A stretch of DNA of 64,000 nucleotides from Balanoglossus misakiensis (lineage: Eukaryota; Animalia; Hemichordata), in the NCBI GenBank assembly GCA_040954595.2, contig CM082581.2:9031878-9095877 (forward strand), written 5' to 3'. The notes beneath the pieces are model-generated. The model saw only the letters and a program-made list of their open reading frames with translations. It had not been told where the DNA came from and searched no databases. The translations under genes were made by a program, and so were the position numbers. Below are positions 52,664 to 61,600 of this stretch, in pieces (position 1 is the first letter of the stretch; every line of letters starts with the position of its first letter).

Positions 52664-55600
52664 GTGAGTATACGTAAACTGTAATTTTACAATCTCTGAA
52701 TTATAACAGATCTATTTTTACGTGTTGGATTGTAGGGACTATCATAGTCGTCTACAGAATTCTGCGTAATCTGTGTGCAATGACGAGGCAGTTTAATTTC
52801 GAGGCGCTGGGAAAACTAGAATAAGACAGAGTTACAGACAAGCAAAAAAAAACCCTCACATTGCGGGAAACAAAAAGCCAGCGTGCAGGTAGTAAGTGAT
52901 AACTTACGAGCTACACGGTGAAAATTTTGACAAAAAAGTTTTCGCGTTAGAATTTATCCCGGATTTATTGGTATTATTTCCCATCACCAACTCGCTGGCA
53001 ATACCCTGATGCAAAGTCCCTGTGCCCGATGCTACCTTCATATAGTGAAAGTAATTATCACTATAGTTAACACCTTTTTTAGTTTGAAGTTTGTCTGAAA
53101 GGAGGGACCATTCACGCCCGAATGTGTCGACAATGGTTGTGGGCGGGGCAATCTGCATATCACCGCCACCAGTAGCCAGAAAGTACCCGTACAGGTGACC
53201 GTCCCCTATGCTAGCCTACGGTGTACCGTACGCGCATTCACGCTATACCACATATATCCAACGTTAATTTTAAACCGTGTTTCAATGCTTGAAATCACGA
53301 GTAATAGCGGAACAAATCTTCACTTCATTCACTCATTCCCGGGCGTGGGAAGTGATCATCCGAAACGGCACCTGAAATCCATCCATCCAAGTTATATATA
53401 CCACTGTACAATTAGATTAAAGTGTACCTTGCCTTTCTTTTCTTTTTGTCAGCTGCAAACTATCGTTATGAAATCAGTTCAGAGAAAAAGACGTGGAACG
53501 ACGCGGCCGCTGACTGCTCCTCACGCGGTGGAATGCTGGCCAAGATTCTGGACTCGACTACACAGTCAACACTGGAGTCGATTATCGCCAAGGCTGGTCA
53601 CTCAGGTACAAATACGAACGCATTTACATTTGCATATTAGCCACTTGTCTTTTGCAACTGCCATGTTTTACTTCACTAAGAGGCGTTGGTGTCGGTGAGA
53701 AAGCTGAGATTTGACTTAACCGCCTCTTTGATGTTGCAGGTGAACGCGTTTGGTTTGGGCTTGCTGATGAAAGCACTCTGTATTATCCTGACAGTTGCCC
53801 AATATCACGGTATACAAACTGGGACGCAGGAGAACCAAACGGCTACTACGAAAATTGTGTTCATATAAGACGGTAAGGTTTAACCGTAGACTAGCCCACT
53901 AGTCGCTTGGTGATTTTTGTTTTGTTTTTATAAAGATTCTCAATACTTTTCGTGTATTTGCCAGCATTGAGCGAGTTTCTTGTACTGGGCTGAGTTTCGA
54001 ATTCGGGGCTGGGCTTCTGATTTCGGTTGCCATCCAACAAGCGACTTTAATATATGGGCCAACGCGACCCTCCGCACACGCTACGTAGAGTGACTCTGAA
54101 CGATTAAAAATCAGACATTCGTCCTACCGACAAGAGAAACTCGATTTGAGTGTTCCAATATTTTGCAGGGATGGTCACACCTGGAACGATAACGACTGTT
54201 CAGATGAATTCTGGTACATTTGTCAATTTGATGAAATTCCTGTCGGTAAGTTGCAATGATCAGAGACCTGAATTTTGTGTTCCAATATTTTGCAGGAATG
54301 ATTACACATGGAATGATTTACCATGTTCGTATGCAAACTGGTACATTTGCCAATTTGATGAAATTCCTGTTGGTAAGTTGCAATGATCATATTTATGTTT
54401 TGACGTATTGTATTAACACACTATAAATGCCTAAACATAACTGTCCTGCATGAAGTTAATGTGTGCGATACAGATACTGGTTGGAGGTCGAACATTAACA
54501 AATCGATGTTCATGAAGTAAATGTTTACATTAAATTTATTTATCATTTATCGCATATCCAGTCCCAGAGCAGCCTGCTTCACTGTGGCCCCTGAATGACG
54601 AATACGGTCTGGCAGAAGCTACGGGTAACGGCAACGACGTCATCGATCAAGGTGACGTCACCATCGGAACTGTGGGAGGAGTTGACGCTTACTTCTTTTC
54701 TGGACAAACTAACTCCTCTGTCACTTTTTCGATCGAAGATAAGTTTCTGTTAAGCTTTTCTATGACTATCCTCGTGGAAGTGTACCCCCAGTCCCGGCCC
54801 GGACCCATTCTCACCGCCGGCCGCCATGGTTGCAGCATCACCAGAGATGATCTTGACACCGTGTCTGCCAGTGTGGTCGACACTGATGGTACAGTGTACA
54901 CCATGACTATGGAATCACTCACTGACAACGAGTGGAATTCAATAGGGATGTCCTATGACAACTTCACCGGCGAACTCAAATTGTGGCACAACGGCGGAGT
55001 GGTCGACTGTCTCAACATCGGTCAAGTTCGACTGAACACTACCGATAGTCTGCACCTGGGGTATGACGCTACCGTCGCGGATACCGCTTTCGGGGGCTAC
55101 GTCACATGCCTTCAGATATACGACCAGGATTTGTCTGGGACTGAGATACAATCTGCACATAATAAATGCCCTGTTCATTCAGGTTAGTGGTGGCATTTTT
55201 TCATTAAAATACGGGGAAGATTGTCTCAAATGACCTTACAAACAGCAGGTATGTATGTGGGTATATATGGTTAAGTGTTGCCTCTCCTAATTCAAGCGGT
55301 TTGTCTTCTGTTGTTTCAGATCCCGTGGACCACTGGGACTTGAGCGGGAGCTGTGACGCAAGCACGCCCTATGAAGAATGCGCTTTGTTAGAATCCTGCG
55401 ACGATGGTGTCATTTCAAATCTTGACAGAAACGTGGGCATCCTCAACGCCCGGGCTGCACTCACCGACTCCCCTATCGCCCCCTACCCAAGTTGCGCCCT
55501 CCACCTGGAGAAGAACTACGTCATCTTCGGCAATTACTCGGGTACCTGCGTCTCGGACGTGTCTCTCTGCACTCTTGGGATTTCTGCGTCGTTGTGGATG

Positions 55601-58600
55601 CGAATAAGTGTCACGGAGAGTGACTGCTCGGGGATCGTTTTCTCGTCGGGAGGACACGACGGTAACTCTCGCGGCATCATTGTCCGACTCGACAACACCG
55701 GGACTACTTGCAAGCTGATCTTTGACGTCCGCAACGGAACTCAGAGATGGAAAGCTCAAAAGGCCCTTCCCTACGACGATTATTGGTTCCATGCAGCTTT
55801 CACCTTCAGAGAAGAAAACGGAGCAAAGATATACATAAACGGCGACTTGTGGACCCAAGATAGCAGACCAACCGCAGCTTTAGCTGCTGTTAACAACGAC
55901 AAGACCCTTCTAGTTTTGGGAGCGCGAAACGATAATTTAGACAACGAAACATCCATTTCTGGTTCCTTCAGCGACTTTATGATATACATGTCTGAGCTTA
56001 GTGCAGACGTGGTGTCATCAAAATACAACGTCTATGTAAATCGTGAGTACACTCTCTTGTACTCTGGTACTATCAAAGAGAAATAACATGCCTTTCGCTT
56101 GTTAAATTGTGGCCAAACGATAGGAGGACATTACTGGTTATTTGTCCTTTGCAAGAGTATTCTGCTTGGTTTAAGAGACTTAGAACATCTAATGTGACTA
56201 TAATTGTCTTCGCTATTACAGGGAATTATTTTGGACCGAAACGTTGGCTTGACGGAGGCAGGTGTGGAAGCTCTTTCCCATTGCCAAATGGCGGAGCTTC
56301 CATATGTAACCCCGATAGCACACAAAGATGCTGCTCTTCGTACATGTGGTGTGGTTCCTCTTCGGCGCATTGCAACTGTAACGCCTGTACCGATTACCAA
56401 TCCGTATTCGGTAAGTAAGATCGCGCGTTCCGTAATCTCCAAGATTTGAGTAATGCGCATACACATGTAAATGTGCACTATTTTTTTTTCATTATTGTAC
56501 GTCATGAGGGTGAGGTACTGAGGCTCATTTGCAAGACAAAACTGGTTTTGGCTTTGGAAACAATATGGCCGCCACGTCAGGTTTAATGGTATTGTCACGT
56601 GACTATGCTAGTTTTCCAGGGCTACAGCCATTATACTATAGGGTATGTTTTTTCTTTAGGGAGCTGTGATCCTGGGTGGCTTTCCAATGATGTTTCGTGT
56701 TATTACTTCAGCACTGACTCCAAAACTTGGGCAGATGCAAAAGACCAATGTGAATCGATCGGGGCGTATCTCGTCATCATCGAGACCGCTAGTGAACAGG
56801 ACTTCCTGAAAGGCCAGGCACTTTTAAGAATAGCATCGTGTTCTCCTTCCTCAGACTGTATGACGTGGATTGGACTGCGTAAATATAAGGTAATCATGTG
56901 ATTTTTAACCCCCCCCCCGTCAATGAGGGCCAGACTAGGCGCACGTTACACAAGTTCAAATGACATTCAAATAATTATATTCTAGAATAGGCGAAACCAT
57001 GAATGACGCGGATGTTTATGTGATGTCAGGCAGCGGCGCAACGTCACTTTTTTGTCTTCTTCCACAACAGTCTACGTCCTCGAACTTCAGATGGATAGGC
57101 GGGACTGACCCAGTGTATACAAGTTGGGCAGACGGACGACCTGCCGATGTCAATCAAGCCGACGGTAACGATTGTGTCTCCATGGAGACGACAGGTGGCA
57201 AATGGTATAATCAGAACTGTGACTTACTGGCGAGATACGCATGTGAAAGAAACGGTGAGATGTCTCTCGGCGGATTAATGAAACCATTTAGGGGGTGATG
57301 GATAGGGGTGCTCTCTGTGGTTAACGATAGCAATCGATATTCTGAAGCTTATGCCAGCCGAAATGAATTTATGCCCGACTTGCTCATTTGCCGGGCGTAC
57401 AGATAAAGACAACACCAGTGACCTGTTGCATTGTATTCTGTTCTCGTGTGAAAACTAATTAACCCACTGCATAGATGATGGTACAATATATAATGGGGCG
57501 GAATAAATGAATATATTTCACTGCTTATAATTAAACCAACATCAAACCTATGATGATCAACCTACAGGTACTCTTCCAACATCAACGCCAACCGTTTCTT
57601 TGTATACCGGTATTGAGGATGACTTAGCAGACCTAGTGTCATTTTTAGAAAATTCGACGTCTACAGATTCCCAGGATTTAGAGGTAGTAAAGTTTAAGAC
57701 ATTTCTCGAAAATCTTTTCGACTGTGATTTAGTTGATCATAATATGATCAAAAATAATGCCCTGTCTATTTTTGGAAACCAATGCATACTCGGCCGTACC
57801 CATGCTTATGGTCCTGAATCCATTATCAAGTGACGTACATCACACTAATCATCTATAATATACATATGTCCCTATATGGGCGAATGGTTTATTACGCTAA
57901 TCAACCCCTCTCAATAACATTTCACTCGTTTTACTCTAGTTGGTGGAATTTGTTGAACGACTGTACAACATTACAGGAATGATCACAGATCTGGGTATTG
58001 GGCTGAATGAAACAGTTGCCATCATTAAAGGTTTGTGTAGAAATATAAGTATATAATATACATGACACAGACATCTACTTGTCAATGATTAGATACGAAA
58101 CCGTCCTACGGCCTGCGGCCATTTGAAAGTGGCCACGTGAAAGTCATTAAGTGGCCCGCTCGTCATTTCCCCGCAGATATCACGTCTATGACAGACCAGG
58201 TCATGTCTAAGGTTATCGGACATTCGGGCAACACGTCAATACTGGCTAACATGACACACTCCAAAGAAGACGACAGGCAGCTGACATATGGTCTAATGGA
58301 AACAATCGACACCATCGCCGACGTTCTACACGACGTGATGGAACCAGCAGGCGACGAGTCAGTGATGATCAACCTACCATCCATGTCGCTGTATGTCGCG
58401 GTGACATCTGCGGCCAATTTCGGAGACTCCTCCGTCTCGTTTCCGGGTTCCTCTGAGGTGGTTCTACCTCCAGCGGAGGACTTGTTCCCGAACATGGATA
58501 TGAACGAGACCATTTATTTTGTGGTAAGTGCGTTTCTTAACCAAATCTCCAAGTATTTCTTGGCCAAAAACAACGTGCAATATTCACAAGTGGCAGCTAT

Positions 58601-61600
58601 AGGACCCGTTTTTCATTTTCATGATAATTTTAAAAACACATTTTCAATTTTGCAGTCGTTAAGGACACAGGGGAGCATGTTTACATGGGCAGATAATTCG
58701 CATCTCATGAACTCTGAGGTAATAACTATGTACTTCAAAGATACGTCCGGAAAGAAACTCAAAAGTAAGTCGTTCTACCCCGCTTTTCTCAAGAGTCGTC
58801 AAGCGTGATCATTTCTGCGCACCTTTAGCAAACAGTGACCAGTGCACACCGTCGCACTCTGACGGAAGCCAGTACAGACAAAGGGCATAGATCCCTTACT
58901 GTGCAAAAAGTTGGTATTTCGTTATTCACAAAGCTATCTGTTTCAACCCATTTCTCCTATGCAGTCAGCGGTCTCTCACGATACATCACTCTGAAGTTGA
59001 AAAACTGTCAAGCTGACCCACCCAGTCAAGCTGTGATTTCGCCGACCTTCTACGAAGAAACTGAACAAGGAAACTATACATGGAGCGTTCAGGTAATTAT
59101 AGCAAAGCTGGCTCCATTTAGGTGGGGTTAAATATTTTGCATTTGCATGCCAGTCAACCCCTCCCTGTTCTTTGCCAATCCTAAGCCATTGCGTAACGGT
59201 AAAAGATATTCTCCTTTTGTTCACAGGCACCTGAATCTTTTATGGCATTTCAAATAAACGTTGATGTCAGCCATATTGTTTTGAATGAGTCGGTGCACGT
59301 GTATATGGCCTACAACAGAACGCCGGGGCCTGGCGACTATGACTTCAAGACAAGCCTATCGGAAACACAAGGGATGTTGAAGATATTCATTCCAGACGCG
59401 GAAATAACAGATGCCGGCGATTACATGTTCTCGTTTTACTTACCATCAGGTATGGTTGTGTTTGTGGGAAAGTGTTGCGAATTTTATTTGACCATAGACT
59501 CTAGTTTTGAGCAAATCTTCAGTTGTCAAGCGCGAAATGTTCAAAAAATGTCATGTGGCAATTGTATTTTCGCTTTTTATACAACCAAGATACTATCGTA
59601 TTGATATTCGGACTGTCACCCTCCTAGGAGCGGAATCAGTAGAGACTAAAAGGATGATAGCCTTCTTGTGCTTAACATGTTCGATGATTTAACTTCTCCT
59701 TTTAAAATCAAGGTGCAAATTTGAGCACGACGGTAACACAGTATGGGTGTAAATATTGGGATCATGGCAGCGCAAGGTGGGAAAGACATGGATGTATGGT
59801 AAGTGAACCTTTGAACGTTAAAAGACGTGTGCTTTCTATTGTAACCAGAGGAGTTGTCAGGGAGTTGAAACACAAACGAGTGGCAGCGTTTTGTAAACCT
59901 ACTGTATCCATGGCAATATACTTTCTACAGGTGTCGCCCGAATCGAGCGTGGAGACCACGGTGTGCCTGTGCAATCACATGACGTCATTCGGTGCTGCCT
60001 TCTACGTGGTGCCACCCAATCCGATTGACTTCCAAGTGGCCTTTAGCAATTTTGCCAACTTGGACGACAACCTCTCGGTATTCCTGACGATAATCGGGAT
60101 TTTTGTTTTCTACTTGGTTTTCGTTATTTGGGCAAGATGGCTAGACAGGAAAGAGCATATCGAGGTAAGAGCTGTCTTTTTCTGGTGGAATCGGCATGGG
60201 CCAATAGTGTCATGGTTATGTGTTCTTCATCTGTCGTACCTCGACCATATTCTGGGTGCATTAAAGTACTTGACACCAGCGGTCAGCCTTTGATCGAGGA
60301 TTATTCTAGCGGTCCAGACAACCACATCGCACACCTACACGTCCATAGTATTCCACAGTCACGTGAAAATGCCGTTGTCCTCTTTCAGTTTGACAGTCTT
60401 CCATTATCAAGCAATAGTCCGTCTGATAAGTACATGTATGAAGTCACCATTAGTACCGGGATAGACAGAGGAGCGGGTACAACTTCCAACGTCTACTTGA
60501 AGCTGTACGGGGCGGACAGTAGAACCAAGGCAAGGCCTATTCACAGCGTCGACGCCGAGGTACATGTATGTGTACGGGATGTCATTTCTTTCTTTGAGTT
60601 CGGTCGGAGATGTGAAATGCAGCATTGGTTAACTAAAAACTAGATAGCGTTTCAATCACTTGCTTTCTGAGAACATATTGAAAATCATTACCAGTGTTAT
60701 ACCAGTTGCCTGTATCTCTGCTCTTTTCGACGCTCGACAGTTATTCCAACGCGGGAGTCGGCACTCGTTCCTGCTCGGTTCACCGTCGTTTCTTGGCGAC
60801 ATAAAATACCTCCGGGTCTGGCACGATAACTCCGGCCAAGGACGGAATGCGTCGTGGTTCCTGTCGGAGATCATAGTCAAAGATTTGACGACTCAGAAAA
60901 AGTAAGTACCGATTTAAAATTGTGATAGTGAGAGGAAATAACGTGAGATGGTAGGAGATGCTTTATGACCTTTGGTGTTCCACCTCAAACTGTGTTTCCG
61001 GAAAATACACCCATTCTAACGGCAACTTAAACGTTTCCCTCCAAAGGTACGATTTCCCATGTTTCAAGTGGCTTGCCGTGGAGCGAGATGATGGTCAGAT
61101 ACAGCGTGTGTTGACGCCGTGGGACGGGAAGGGCGCGAAACCGGGAGAGTCACTTTCCCGAAAAGCACGAGACGACATGATGGACGACCACTTGTGGGTT
61201 TCGGTCTTCGCAAAGCCTTATGGGACACACTTCACGCGGGTTCAGCGCGTTTCCTGTTGTTTGATGGCGCTGTTGACGTCGATGTTGGCCAGTTGTATGT
61301 GGTACAAGTCCGAGTTCAACGATACGAGAATACAGACCATACGACTGGGTAAGCATAGCAACACTATTCAAGCTTATATATGTTTTACTTGTTTCAGCTA
61401 TGCGCTGCGCTGCAGGAATTGCAGGCGATCAAGACAGTTGAATATTTTATCTACATTAATTATGTCTTATATCATCTGATGACGTCATTCACAGGTCCTT
61501 TCACATTCACATGGCATGAGATATTCGTCGGCACCATGAGTGGACTGCTTGTTGTGCCCATCAGCGTCATCGTCGTGGGAATATTCCGGAAAGCTAAGCC

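Noticed and set aside
53195-53698. 167-aa plus-strand ORF
   Set aside because: It is an off-frame overlap of the real C-type lectin exon 53453-53605.
55415-56598. Antisense ORFs over the LamG and hevein exons
   Set aside because: Shadow ORFs of plus-strand coding exons.
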